A DNA stretch of 63,991 nucleotides, filler included, from Barthelona sp. PAP020 (lineage: Eukaryota), in NCBI GenBank assembly GCA_040182905.1. It is 5 parts of 5 records of this genome, joined end to end, with 100 filler letters (N's around TTAATTAATTAA, not from the genome) between each part and the next. Parts side by side here need not be neighbours in the genome. Positions count along the whole stretch, not along the records: positions 13,528 to 26,925 come from JARQWU010000326.1; positions 27,026 to 40,409 come from JARQWU010000327.1; 3 more parts are not named here. One strand, written 5' to 3'. The notes under the pieces are model-generated. The model saw only the letters and a list, made by a program, of their open reading frames with translations, made no database searches and was not told where the DNA came from. The position numbers and the translations under genes are program-made. Below, piece by piece: positions 19,399-32,100 of the stretch; positions within the stretch are counted from its first letter, which is position 1; every line of letters begins with the position of its first letter.

Positions 19399-22300
19399 TT
19401 AATGACTGTCAAGATTTCTATTCTCCAAAAGAATATTTTCGATTGGAGCTTGTTCAAACATGAATCTGCGAACTTTTTTTAACAAAGTGTTCAATTCAAA
19501 TTGACTCAAGGGCTTTTCTTTTAATGAAAAAACATCCAATAAATGTTGAATTATTTGTTCAAATCTGATCATATCCAAAGTATCCAAATTTAATGTGGAA
19601 ATCTTGGCAATTTTATCTAATTGTTTTGAAAAACCAGGGAGTTTTTGTAAAGCAAAACAAGCTTTCGATGATTGAAGCATAAAATAAAAGACGGTCAAAG
19701 AATTTCTCACATGATTGGTTCTCAATGGATTTTTCAAGGAAAATTCAACATAGGGAATACATAAAATAAATCGCTTAGCAATATTAGGCTTGGTGCTTAA
19801 TAAAGCAAGATAACCAGACCACATTGTATAGAGTTCATCCAATAGAGCTAATTTCATCCGATCTGAATGATGAATATTGTATTTTGTTGGTGAAGTCACA
19901 ACAACTTCTTCATCAACCATTCCTTTTTCATTTGGCATGTCAGGAGTGTTGAAATCATTTTCGGGAGTGATAGGAACTGCATTTACAGAAGAAAAAAGCT
20001 CAGATGTAAGTGATTTAACAGTTTCTGGTGTTGAAGGAACCAAAGGAGGAGCAAATTCAGAAGGCACTGAAGGAATGTCAAATACAATTGCTTCATCTAA
20101 CACTGACTGATTTTTTGTATCTTTATTTTTGTTTTTTCTCTTGACTTTAACCGGAGATTTAATCTCCAAATTATTCAAGGATGGCAAAGGACTTGAACCA
20201 AAATAATTGTTTTGTAATGATGGACTTAAAGAAAAAGTTAGGTTATTGATAGAAGCAACATATCTATTGAGTTCCGAAACCAATTCATTCCCAATGTATT
20301 TCATTCTGTTTGGTAGATCATTAGCCAATAATAAAGGTTCAATTGAATAGAAGTTTAACTCTGTAACATTATAAAACAATTTCAAAACAAATAAAAGATA
20401 ACCAGGTTTGTGTCTTTCAAATTTCAACCCAATGAAGATCAAATGAACAATTGTTTCAAGTAGCTCTTCTGTTGGTTTAATTTCAGCTGTATTTAAAATG
20501 ACTAAATTGATAATCACATAACATAACCATCTTATTGATGGATATCTCTTGAATTTTTCGAGAATATTTTCTAACTTTTGCTTGAACATATCATGATGAT
20601 AAAACAGAATGCAATACTGTTTGTTCAACATCATTGAGCTTATCAATATTAACGTACATTGAATCAACAAACTATCATTGGAATCCAACCAATCTGCTAC
20701 AATGTTCATAAATTGATCAACCTTATCATCATGTTCAATGAATCCTTCAAAAGCATTATCAACGTTAGATAAAATATTATTAGCAAATTGAACACAGATT
20801 GAGTATTTTTCAGATGCAGGTGAATCAAAATTTAACATAGTTAGCAATTCAAACAGTTCAACAACTTTCAAATTTGTCGTAGGTACAGTTTGAATATCCT
20901 TTGGTATTGCTAACAATATTAAAGCCACATTAGTAATGAAATTCAGTGATGAATTCAAAAGTTTTGAATTGTTGGTTGGTTGACTTTGTGATAAAATTTT
21001 TCTTTGAATGGAATACACACTGTGAAATTTCATACGACGTTTTCTTTCTAATTTCATTCTGTTACGATGTCTTGCTCTGCATATATTTGGATTGTTTTGG
21101 AATAATAATAAGTCTTCGGTTCTTTTGTTTAGAATATAATGTTCATTTCTAATACGTACCTTTTCTTCTTTATGCAATAAAATTTGAAGTTTATCATGCT
21201 TGTATTTGTGTTCACTATCAATTTTAAAGGGATATTGATTGGTAGATGATAAAATTTTAACGTAAGCTAAAGAACATAAATAAACAGCATCATTGTTCAA
21301 TAAAATGAATCTTAAAGAATCAACAAAAGAACATTCCATAATAAATGCACAAGCAGAAAGTATTGTTTTTGATGAATCGACATCTCGAATGATTCTTGGA
21401 ATGAATAATGGAATAAATACATTTAAAGATTCAAAATCAGTACTAAAACGACAAAATAATTCAACATTTCTAGTAATGGAATCAATTATACTAACATTCT
21501 CTTTATGTATTATTAATTCTTCACAATACAATTGAATAAACGAATTAAATAATTCTAATTCTGTTTTAACAATATTCTCCATGCGTAAGATAAAATTTTC
21601 ATGATTCTCAATGATTCCAAAAATATTACTCATTAATCTATTGATGATTTGACAAGACAACGAAAATTCTAATAAATCTTCAGCAAAAATCAAAAAAGAT
21701 TTTAAAACATCAGAATTTAAAAATAGTTCAAGCAATTGATTTACTTTTTCATAGTTAATCATCGATATAGAGGTTGAATTCATTGTAGTATCATTCCTAT
21801 TATCAAAATCTTCATTTACTCCTTTCATGGTATTATTCATACTATTTATCTTATAGCTATCGTTTGCAACAAGATTGAAAAGAAAAGTTACCAAATAATT
21901 TCGAACAGCTTTGGATAATTTAAAGAAATTCAAAAATTCAATGATTTGTGGAAATAATTCATTTGTAAATGGTAAAAATCCTAAAAAGTTAGTTAGTGTA
22001 TGTTATGGATAAAAAGAAAAAAATCTTGAATATTTGACCGGTATCTGTCCGATATTGAAATAAGTACTTGTTCAATAGGGTTATAAACAGTCATTAATCG
22101 ATTGAAAACAAAAAAAAACATACCTTTCTGACATAATGCATTTAATACCTTGATTTCCTGTTTAAATAAAGGAATCTTTCGATATGAATGCCATGTAAAA
22201 CCAACAATATCCAATACATCAATTGAATCTTGTAATTCTTCCTGAATATTAGTTATTTTCAAAATTGCTGAAAAAATTTTGAAGAAATGTAACATCAAAA

Positions 22301-24644
22301 TATCATATTGATCAAACATTTCTTCCTCTGTGTAAATAAACTCAAAATTGCTTGTTTTTGCTGATATTTGCTCTTGATTTTTGATTTGTGTGGTTGATAT
22401 TGAAACACGATCAATTTTCAGTTTTTGTTCCTCTTCTTCTTCACCAATTACTGAAGAAGTCCATAAAACAAAGTTATTTCTGGTCTTTTGTTCATGAGAC
22501 GCATTCAATTCAATCACAGGAATAAATTGATTCAATACAAAAGATTTGATACTAAACAAAGGCTTAATGGTTTGTAAAACTAACGTTGTAAACCCTTGTT
22601 CAACAAAATAGTCAAATTGATTAATCTCCAGAAAATTATACAATCCATTAACGTACAAAACAATGGTATTTAAATCGTTAAGATTCGTAACAAAAATTTC
22701 CTCAAAAATTTCAACATTTTCACATAAAATATCAAAGAAACACATATCTTTCATTGATAAAACGCTTAAAAGATAAAATAACATACCACCACAATGATCC
22801 TCAAAATTCATCAACTGAGTACATGTCAAGTCAATGATATCTTCGGCCAACTCAATAAATTCAGTCCTTTTCGAAGAATCAGACAGCTCTATTGTTTCTT
22901 TGATAAAAGCACACAAATTAGCACAAGCATTTGAAGTATAACAATACTCACTGCATTGAGTCAACGGCAAATTTAAAATTCGATCCAAGTCTTGATAATC
23001 ATGTTGCAACATCAAAGTCAAGATCGAAAAGGAATATCCAATAATCAATGGGTTATCTTGAATAATTTCCTCATCAGTAGCTTCATCATCATTAGATATT
23101 ATCAATACAACTTCGAGAATATCTAGCAGAATTGCTTCACACTTCGAATAATTTTCTCCAAGTAAAATTAAAGCAAATAGATTTCCAATAGTCCAACCTA
23201 CAATATTGGTATCGTTATGATATTTTTCGAAAATGTTTGGTAAAATCGCCAAAAATGCATCACACCATAACACTTTATTTTGATCAGAATCAATCAATAT
23301 TAATCTAAAAGCCACTTGTAATAACAATGCAACGATTGTAGTCTTTAGATGTCTCACAATTGAAGATGTGATTAATGAAATATAGCGAATGTGACTAATA
23401 ATACCAATCTCATGCTTCTTGTTTAGAAGATTGATCGTGATTAAACATGTAGTATACACTAATATCTCATTTATTGGACTTGCAGAAAAACAAAGAAAAC
23501 ACACTCTTAAAATACGTTTAGATAATGTTAGTTCATTCACAATATCATTGTTTTGCTGTAATAATATTAAAAATATGGGAAGAATTTTTTCAGTCAGCAA
23601 GCAATTTTCATAATTTAACTCACAAATTCTCAAAATTAACTTAATCATTTCTAAATTGAATAAACCTGTGGTTGTTGTGGTTTGAGATTGTTTAAAAATA
23701 ACACTCTTCATATATGACCTGTTACTATGCTTTAAATTGTTTGAATGTGTCTCATTATCGTTATTGGTACTATTAGCACTCGTAAACAAAATTACAAGAT
23801 CAAAAAAACTTCGCAATTCCCCAAAAATATCATCATCAACATTCTCATTCAGATTATTCTTCTCGGTAATTATTTTCGAATCGAAATCAATCAAATACTC
23901 ATATAAAACAATGGGTAAACGTTTTAAAAGAACCCTTCTAGCAAAAGGAATTCCAAATAACCGAGAAAATATTTTAAATATCAATTGCACTTTGAATCTT
24001 TCATTCATATGCTCCAACAATAGATTTAGCAAAAAATCAACCTTGAAATCATTTTCTTCAAACTGTTTACACTTCAAAATCAGATTCAAAAATATAAGAC
24101 CTTGCTTTTGCAAGGAAAAATTAAGCTTTCGATTTTTCATACCTTCAACAACCTTATTGATCATTTTATTTTCAATTAATATTTTGAGCTTATCATCTCT
24201 ATTCTCATCTACAACCTTAACCAATAAATTTAAGATGGATATTTGAGTGGAAGGAATACCGTAATCAAATAAAGTTGTCAATGTCTCCAAATTCTCTTCC
24301 AATAATAGATATTCCAAACTTTCTTCATCTTTCATCCATTCAAATAACAATTGTATAATAGATTCAATATATTCAGTATCTATTAATCTAATTATTGAAT
24401 TTAACAATACAGAAGCCATTTCTATGCGTAAATACTCAAATTTTAACATTCTTTTTATTATATCTAATATTTTTAACACTATTTCTTCATTGGACTCTTC
24501 GTTATTTTCCAATGTTTCTTTCAAGAAATTCATTATATTACGTTGCAATATCAATTCAATTTTTTCATCATCAACTCCATCAGTTTCAAAATTTTTTAAG
24601 ATCTCTTCAAACCCTTCCAATGATTTCATCAATTCATTGGACAT
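19399..24644 (-). CDS. Large helical-repeat (ARM/HEAT-like) protein, about 1700 aa; two ORFs joined by one intron (exons 24644-22124 and 21980-19399)
   Basis: Both ORFs are L/I-rich and helical. The GTATGT donor at 22123 and the CTAACTAACTTTTTAG acceptor at 21981 join them in frame (LCQKG^FLPFTNELF). Confidence 0.7.
21981..22123 (-). other. 143-nt spliceosomal intron
   Basis: Canonical GTATGT donor, ACTAAC branch site, TTTTTAG acceptor, phase 1 on both sides. Confidence 0.78.
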
Positions 24645-24992
24645 TTGGAAATTATCAAATTCTTCGATCTAAAAATTGAAAAAATTGAAAAAATGATTAT
24701 CTTGATAAAAACTTGTTTCCCATTTCTTTATCTTCTTTTTTAGACTGTCCGTTATTGCAACAGAGGTATTTAACGTTGAAACTGCAAAAAATTTCTTTGC
24801 ATCAAAACCTTGAAATCTCAATAGGATTTTCAATAATTCAAGTGAAAATCACAACCATATTAATTACAATCATAAAGCGTTTATAATTTCTATTGCATTA
24901 TTAAAACAAATAAAAAAAAATGAAAACGTACTCCTTTTACAAAAACTATCTATCAAAAAAAAATTGAAACAACAAATCCCAAGCAAATTCCA

Positions 24993-26036
24993 TTATACAA
25001 AATCTTCATCAACCGAAGGAATGTTTTGGAATTTTTGTGTTTCATGAAACTTTTCATAATTTAACATATTTCTACCATCTGGCAACACTGACAGAATGTT
25101 AACAAAACTTCTATCAAACAGTAACTTTGAAGAATCATACCCATAACGAGCATATATTGTTTCAAGCATTGTACCATCAACCCCAGTAAAAGAAACAACA
25201 ATTTCCGCATCACTGTCAATAAATTTGTTTCTATCCCACCCGTAAATCGGTGAGCTTTCATCAATTAGATGAGATACAGTCCAAGTCAGGCCGAATAACA
25301 AAGTCTGATCCCTATCCAAAACCAAAGAATAGCTTTTTCGGATCATAGACTTTACAGTCTCATCAAAAACATTTGCGACTAATGAAACACGAATATTGGC
25401 TTCAACAATGTTGTTGTGCCTCCCATTTGCACATCTAAACTTCAAAACTTTCAAATTTTCGTTCATCGAATCACGATCATGTATAACAGCAACCTCACTG
25501 AATATTACCTTGGCTGTAGGACGACTAAACTTGGCAAACATCAAACCAGTGATGATAGCCGTTGTTAAATAAGAGCTTAAAACCTCAAAACCAACAAAAA
25601 CGTTGGCAAACCATGAGCGAGGATACAAAACACCATAACCAATGGTACTAAAAGTGTGAATCGAAAAGAAAAAACAAGTCCAAAAAGGGTGATTTTTCAA
25701 GGGAGAATCTTCATCAGCATTAGCAATTGCATCAGGTCCTGACATATAAAAGAAACATGCAAATATTGTGTGTGCTGTCAGGAAGAAAATAACACAATAC
25801 AATAACAATTTTGGCCAAGAACTAGTCAGTAAACTATGATACAAATCAGTTAATGGATTAGTTCCCATACCTTTAATAATTCCTTGAAACTTTCCATCAC
25901 TAGATAACAACCTACGATCAGCTATATCAGCTTCATATTGAATTTCAGATAAAGGAGTTGTTGGTCTTGAATCGATCTCATTATCTGAAGGTAACTCAAG
26001 AAGAGGAATATATTCATCATCGTTCTTTGAATTCAT
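24993..26036 (-). CDS. Inward-rectifier potassium channel (Kir / KirBac-like)
   Basis: Slide helix DLYHSLLTSSW, pore FFFSIHTFSTIGYG, KFSRPTAKVIFS, WTVSHLIDESSPIYG, EIVVSFTGVD. Confidence 0.93.
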   Translation of the reverse strand: MNSKNDDEYIPLLELPSDNEIDSRPTTPLSEIQYEADIADRRLLSSDGKFQGIIKGMGTNPLTDLYHSLLTSSWPKLLLYCVIFFLTAHTIFACFFYMSGPDAIANADEDSPLKNHPFWTCFFFSIHTFSTIGYGVLYPRSWFANVFVGFEVLSSYLTTAIITGLMFAKFSRPTAKVIFSEVAVIHDRDSMNENLKVLKFRCANGRHNNIVEANIRVSLVANVFDETVKSMIRKSYSLVLDRDQTLLFGLTWTVSHLIDESSPIYGWDRNKFIDSDAEIVVSFTGVDGTMLETIYARYGYDSSKLLFDRSFVNILSVLPDGRNMLNYEKFHETQKFQNIPSVDEDFV

Positions 26037-26075
26037 AACATAAACATGTATATAAAAAAAAAATCATTTTTTTTA

Positions 26076-26741
26076 TCATTGAAATGAAAAATACACAGAT
26101 AAATCAGACAAATCAACTGAATCCGTGGCATCATCTATCCATTTATCATGCATAATGTCATATATCTTTCCAGCTGCAAAACCCACAAAATAAGTCTTCA
26201 TAAAAGAAGAAACAGACATGGATTTCTGATCAATCAACCAAGAATGTAAACATTTTGTGGAAAGAAATGAAATTGGAAATGAGTTTGCCCTGCGATCAGT
26301 CAATAATACATTTCTGGCAAATGAATCCATTTTTTCAATACCAAATCCAACAATTGCGGCAGAAATTGCGGCTTTTTGTCCAATATTTAAAGCATGTGTA
26401 ATAGTATTCATTTCCTCAATAAAAGCTGAGTTTAAAGTGGCAAAAATACCACCAATTGCAAAACCTGAGACTAAATATTTTGGAATGATATCCTTTGCAG
26501 ATGTTTTTTCAGTCAACTGCAATTTATCTATTTTCGAAACTTTTTGTTGAAATATATCGGTAATATTTAACAAAGGATTGGCTAATGAAGGATCAATATA
26601 AGAATACCTGGGAAAAGTAAATTCATTTGGTAAGGGTGTAAAAAAATCTTCTTGATCAGTTTTCTTCTTACTACGTAATAATGAAACTGTAAATTGACTT
26701 AAAAAATCAGTAAAAGAGTCCAAAGATAAAAAAAAACTCAT
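26076..26741 (-). CDS. Hypothetical membrane protein, possibly a divergent Tim17/Tim22/Tim23 family member
   Basis: 221-aa ORF with a GxxxG helix (SGFAIGGIF), a small-residue helix (AAISAAIVGFG) and R...DRRANS reminiscent of the RxKxDxWNS motif. Family call is weak. Confidence 0.35.
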   Translation of the reverse strand: MSFFLSLDSFTDFLSQFTVSLLRSKKKTDQEDFFTPLPNEFTFPRYSYIDPSLANPLLNITDIFQQKVSKIDKLQLTEKTSAKDIIPKYLVSGFAIGGIFATLNSAFIEEMNTITHALNIGQKAAISAAIVGFGIEKMDSFARNVLLTDRRANSFPISFLSTKCLHSWLIDQKSMSVSSFMKTYFVGFAAGKIYDIMHDKWIDDATDSVDLSDLSVYFSFQ

Positions 26742-26762
26742 TCAATTCAATTTTTTTCTTCA

Positions 26763-26925
26763 ATGTCAAACGATAGTGATGAAATCCATGAATCTTTCAA
26801 AGATAATGTTGAGAAAAAGAATGAAGAAACAAAAGAATCAAAAGAAACAAAGAACTTAAGAACACTTTTCATTGGAAATGTTCCAGTTGACATAACTGAG
26901 AAGAAATTTTCTAAATATTTAAAAA
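26763..26925 (+). CDS. RRM protein 5' fragment (possibly Nop12/RBM34-like), cut by contig end
   Basis: Acidic/basic N-terminus followed by RNP2-like RTLFIGNVP. Confidence 0.6.
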
Positions 26926-27025
26926 NNNNNNNNNNNNNNNNNNNNNNNNNNNNNNNNNNNNNNNNNNNNTTAATTAATTAANNNNNNNNNNNNNNNNNNN
27001 NNNNNNNNNNNNNNNNNNNNNNNNN
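26926..27025. other. Artificial contig spacer
   Basis: N-run with TTAATTAATTAA at 26970-26981. Confidence 0.97.
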
Positions 27026-27040
27026 TTCCAATTATTTGTT

Positions 27041-28807
27041 ATGTTTGATTTAGACACTTCATTTGATTCATTTGATCTAGATCAAAGATTATTACGAGCA
27101 ATTAAAGATATGAGGTTTGAACATCCAACTTATGTTCAAACAAAGAGTCTTAATTTTAGTTTGGCAGGTCATGATTTATTAATCAATGCACCTACTGGGT
27201 CAGGTAAAACATTAGCTTTTGTCTTACCAATTTTACACAGAATTTTATCAAATAGTAACAGTGGCAAGAGCAGCAACAATGAAAATGTTACCAAAGGTTT
27301 AATTGTTGTTCCAACTAATGAGTTGTGTTCACAGGTGTTTAATGTCACACAAAGTTTAATGAAGTATTGTTCAAGAGACATTTCCGTGTATAAATTAGAT
27401 TCACAAATCGATGACTCAACTATGTTGATGGAAAATCCCACTCTAATTATAAGTACGATTGGAAAAATTACACAACATTTGAACAAAGATATTGATTTAT
27501 CAAACCTGGAGATTTTAGCTATTGATGAAGCTGATTTAGTGTTAACATTTTGTGATGTTGAAATTTCTAATGAGGATTTGTTGAATTTTCCTTTTTTAAC
27601 TTTTTTGCCTGCCAGTCTACAAACAATATTATGTTCCGCAACTTTAACCGATGAAGTTCAAATATTAAAAAAGAAATTGATTAAAAAGAAACCCATTTCT
27701 ATTAAAATGAAATCTGAACAAAAGAAAAAAATTGAATATTTTTCAATTGACATTGCTCAAGATGTTGATAAATTCTTAGCCTTATATTCCATGTTGAAAT
27801 TGCAATTAATTACCGGTAAATCGTTGATTTTCGTTGAAGATGGAAATAGAGCGTACAAATTAAAATTATTTTTGGATAGATTCAGCATAAAATCATGCGT
27901 TTTATCACCCGATTTACCTCTTGAATCGAGATTAAACATTTTGGAATCTTTCAATGTTGGAAGTTTTACAAATATGATTTTGACGGACAATTCGTTGAAA
28001 ATGAAAAAGAAAGACATTAGCCAAGTAAATTCTGTTAGTAATTCACGTGGTATTGATTTCAAAAACGTTAATAACGTTATTCAATTTGATTTTCCTTTTT
28101 CTTTTGAGAGTTTTGTGCATAGAAGTGGTAGAACAGGTAGAATTGGGAATAAGGGATTGATTCTTTTGTTTGTACGATCACCTTTTATTATAAAGGATGG
28201 TAATCCAGATGTTCGAATTGATGACACTGAATTAAAGCGATTTAGAGAGATTTCTAACAATTTCAAGCAACAAACAAATCAAGAAATTAAATTGATGGAT
28301 TTTGCTTGGGAAGAAGTGAATCAATTAAAGTATCGTGTTGAAGGACAATATAACAGCATTACAAAACAAAAAATCAAGCAAGCAAAAGCTCAAGATTTAC
28401 AAAAAGAAATATTAAATTCTGAAAACCTAAAAGGAAGATTTGAAGATAATCCAATTGAACAAAATCTCTTGAAACATGATATCAGATTATATGATTCAAA
28501 GAAACAGAAACATTTGAAAAAATTACCTGATTACATTAAACCCAAGTCAAATGAAATAATATCTGCTGATTTAGCAAGAAGCCGTTCATCTGCTGTTATT
28601 TCTGCTGCCAAAAATAGTATCAAAAGAAACAACACGAGATATTATCACAGTAAAACCAAAATGAATTCTAGACATAATAAAAATATTAAGATGAATAAGC
28701 AATACAACAATATTCAAAGACATAAAAATATGAAAGATGATTTCTCTGAAAGAAAAGGTGGTTGGGGATCAAATAATAGTTTCAATGATCCTTTGAAAGA
28801 CTTTTAA
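27041..28807 (+). CDS. DDX56: DEAD-box RNA helicase DDX56/Dbp9
   Basis: APTGSGKT, PTNEL, DEADL, SAT, SRGIDF, HRSGRTGR. C-terminal EILNSENLKGRFEDNP..LLKHD..HLKKLPDYI is typical of Dbp9. Confidence 0.9.
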   Translation: MFDLDTSFDSFDLDQRLLRAIKDMRFEHPTYVQTKSLNFSLAGHDLLINAPTGSGKTLAFVLPILHRILSNSNSGKSSNNENVTKGLIVVPTNELCSQVFNVTQSLMKYCSRDISVYKLDSQIDDSTMLMENPTLIISTIGKITQHLNKDIDLSNLEILAIDEADLVLTFCDVEISNEDLLNFPFLTFLPASLQTILCSATLTDEVQILKKKLIKKKPISIKMKSEQKKKIEYFSIDIAQDVDKFLALYSMLKLQLITGKSLIFVEDGNRAYKLKLFLDRFSIKSCVLSPDLPLESRLNILESFNVGSFTNMILTDNSLKMKKKDISQVNSVSNSRGIDFKNVNNVIQFDFPFSFESFVHRSGRTGRIGNKGLILLFVRSPFIIKDGNPDVRIDDTELKRFREISNNFKQQTNQEIKLMDFAWEEVNQLKYRVEGQYNSITKQKIKQAKAQDLQKEILNSENLKGRFEDNPIEQNLLKHDIRLYDSKKQKHLKKLPDYIKPKSNEIISADLARSRSSAVISAAKNSIKRNNTRYYHSKTKMNSRHNKNIKMNKQYNNIQRHKNMKDDFSERKGGWGSNNSFNDPLKDF

Positions 28808-29198
28808 AAACTTTTCATTTCGATTAATTCATACAATCACACAATAGTCTATTTATTACAACATATATAAATTTCGGTGGTTTTTTTTTTTCTCAATAAA
28901 GTTCTTTTTTTTTTTGATGTTTAATTTTAATTTTTGTTTGTTGTTATAATATCAATTGAATTTTGTGAATAAAAAACGGTTTACATTGCTTTTGAAAACA
29001 CAAAAATAAAAAAAGATGGTAATGATTTTTTTTTGTCAACAATGAATTCATAAGTCAATATTTATTATCAATTCAAACATTTTGACTTTTTTCAAGAAAA
29101 AAAATGGATTTGGAATTTGAGCTAGAATAAACCTTACACTTGTTTTCTACCAATCTTATTTTATTGTTTTTTTTTGAGATATTTTTGGATAAGTAGTT

Positions 29199-32100
29199 AT
29201 GGAAACTAGTTTACAACTCCTAGAGTTGAAAATATACGTTCAAAGATTGATTGATTCAAATATATTGAACGAAGGAACGCAATTAAAAGTATTTTTCAGT
29301 CATAATCCATTAAGAGATGCTGCAAATATTGAATCCTTAGGTGATAGAAGTCAAGTGTATATCATCTGTTCAAATAATGCTTTGGATAGTTTTTCTTTGA
29401 GAAAAGATTTTTCTTTGAATTTTGGAAGTTTTTTGTATTGTTTTAAGGGAAGCATTGATAATTCAAGGGGTTTAATATGGAATAATGTTGGTGAATTAGC
29501 ATCAAGATCGGATAATATATTTAAGCAATCTCCATTTTTTTATGAGATACTTCGACTTCTAAATGAAATGAATTTAAACTATGTTGGTGATAGTTTTGTT
29601 GTGAAAAGAAGTGGAAACATCTTCGAATTTAAGTTTGACTTTATCTATGGCGGAAATCAATCAAACATTTGTGAAAAAACAAAAAAATTTTTGCTTGACG
29701 AGATATATTCCGAAGTTGATATGTCTTTGGAGGAAATTATTGGTTATTTCTTTTGTTCATTTGATGGATTGAGGAATGAGGTCAGTACTTTCTGTCACTT
29801 ACATAATGGCAACTTAGTTATGATTGATGATAATTTTATTTTAGAGAATGACAGGCATTTTCAAAATTTTGTTCGCTTCAGTGTGTTTTTTGGAAAGTTC
29901 GATTTAATGAAAAGGTATGTAACTTTTGACCCGAATAGCAGTAGTCGATGGGAGGATGTTATGAGATACGATGAGAGTAATATTTTGAAATTTCAGATTA
30001 TTCGACATATTTTGCTTGATTGTGTCAATGAAGATGTGTTATTACCAAATTTTGTGTTTGCTGAGAAAGTTTGGTTATTGAAGATTTTAAAGAGAGTCTG
30101 TTATGAAATTATTCGTTTATATCCTGATGACTATGTATTAAAATTGACGAATTTGTTTTCTAAGTTTGAAAATGAAAAGAAGTTTGACATTTGGTTGAAA
30201 TTATTTAGGACAGACCAAGGAAATACTTTGGAAACATATTTTAAGGAACATTTTCACAAACTGTTGAAAGTTTTGCTTGAAATATTTGTTCGTGACAATA
30301 GTTCTCATGTTTTAAATGAAGGTATTAAATTTTTTAGAAATCTTTCATTAAATTTTGAAAAGAACGCTGATTTTTTTGAGTATTTGGTTGAAGACATGAC
30401 TGAATATGAAAATAAGAGAGTTTTTGTACAGTTTTTATTGAATGATGGATTTTCAGACAGGAATAACCGTTGTTCTTCATTATTTTTTTTCAATCTGCTT
30501 TATGCTTTCATGCCCTTGGATAATACATCAAATAACACAGAAATTCCCTTTTTTAATGAGAATTTTGATCACATTATCAGATGTTTGGAGAACAACCGAA
30601 CTGTTGGGATTGAAGAGAACAAAATGAACACAATTAATGATATTTTGAGTTCAGATTCTTATTACAAAAAGTTTTTGGGAGTTGAGGAATATACCCTCTT
30701 TCATTTGTTTCGAATTTTGAAAAATAGGAACGTTTCCTTGGCTGTTAAGATTTTACAGAAGTTGTATGATAATAACGAGATGAGGTACGTTGTGTACAGT
30801 GATAACAACGAATTAAACATAAGTTTACGTGTTCGAATTGTTGATGAAGGACATACTTACTTTTTTCAAGGAATAACGATGCTTGATGCGTATTTGAAAA
30901 ATAAAGATGAAACTTTTTTCAGATTAATTGTCAAAAATTTGATTGATAACATTGTTGTTCCTGATGAATGGAAAGGTCATTTAATTGCCAAATTTCGTTA
31001 TCATTTCTGTCTGAACCAAGTTGATGATACTGATTTTGTCAATAATTGTGCTAAAATGTTATTTTTTGAACGATGTAGAGAATCGCTTTCAGATTCATTG
31101 CATATTCAAAATTTGTTGAACTGTTTTGCTGGAATTTTCAATTATGATAAATTTAGAATAGAAAGGAATCTATGTGATGGGATGATTACGTTGTTAAGTA
31201 GACCCACAAACGAAACATCAAACACAGTAAACTTCAATTATAACATGCATTTTTTGAAGAAAATATTGTTTGAAAGAGACAATGAAAATGGTTTTTATGC
31301 GGATCAAGTTTTTGATTGGTTTTTTCCGTTGTGGACAAAAACAGGTAATTTAGAGGGGAAATTAAATTCAAGATCTTGGGCTGAAATTCTTTATCATTGG
31401 TTGTTTGAAGGGAAGCTTGTGGTTCGCAAAGATTCAGTAATTGACCTCATGTCATATTTTGATGAAGGAAAAGGTAAATGTTTTATAACCGATTTCAGTT
31501 CCGCTGATGGGGTTGAAAGAGTTGAAAATTGGCTGCTTTATAAGTTCATTGACGAGAGAAGATTTAGTGTGGAATTTTTGAAGGGTATTTTGGATAACTT
31601 TTTGAGGAATGAGATTACCATTAGTTTTGAAGATGCATTGGTTCTTGCATATGCCGTTGAAACTAGAGTTGCCAATGAAGACAATGATAATGATATTTCG
31701 AGCCATTATGAAATATTGTTTTCCATTTGTAAGGTTATTGGTCCAGTTTCTGCGGATTCAACAGCAATGAATAGAGTTAGAACTAATTTTATTCAAACTT
31801 TTTTTCTTGGTATACCAGGAGATTTTAATCAAACTCAGATTAAATGCTTCTTTGAAGTTGCAAAAAACCATCGAAATTCAAACGGTGAATTGATATTTGA
31901 AGCAGAACAAATGGTCATTTATAACAACGACTATTCTGAATATTCTTTATTTGAAAAGGTAATTATTGATGAGAGGCCAATTTCAGCCAAATATTTTTGT
32001 AATAATGGTTTTGACCTATTAACATCCTTTTCAAATGGTCAAATTCCTGTTGACATTGTTGTTCAATCCGATAGATTAAGTGGTTTGACAGAAGATTCTG

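Noticed and set aside
13232..27240. Two DEAD-box helicases with the same APTGSGKTLAF motif as a local duplication
   Set aside because: They lie on different artificially joined contigs, and motif I is generic to the family.
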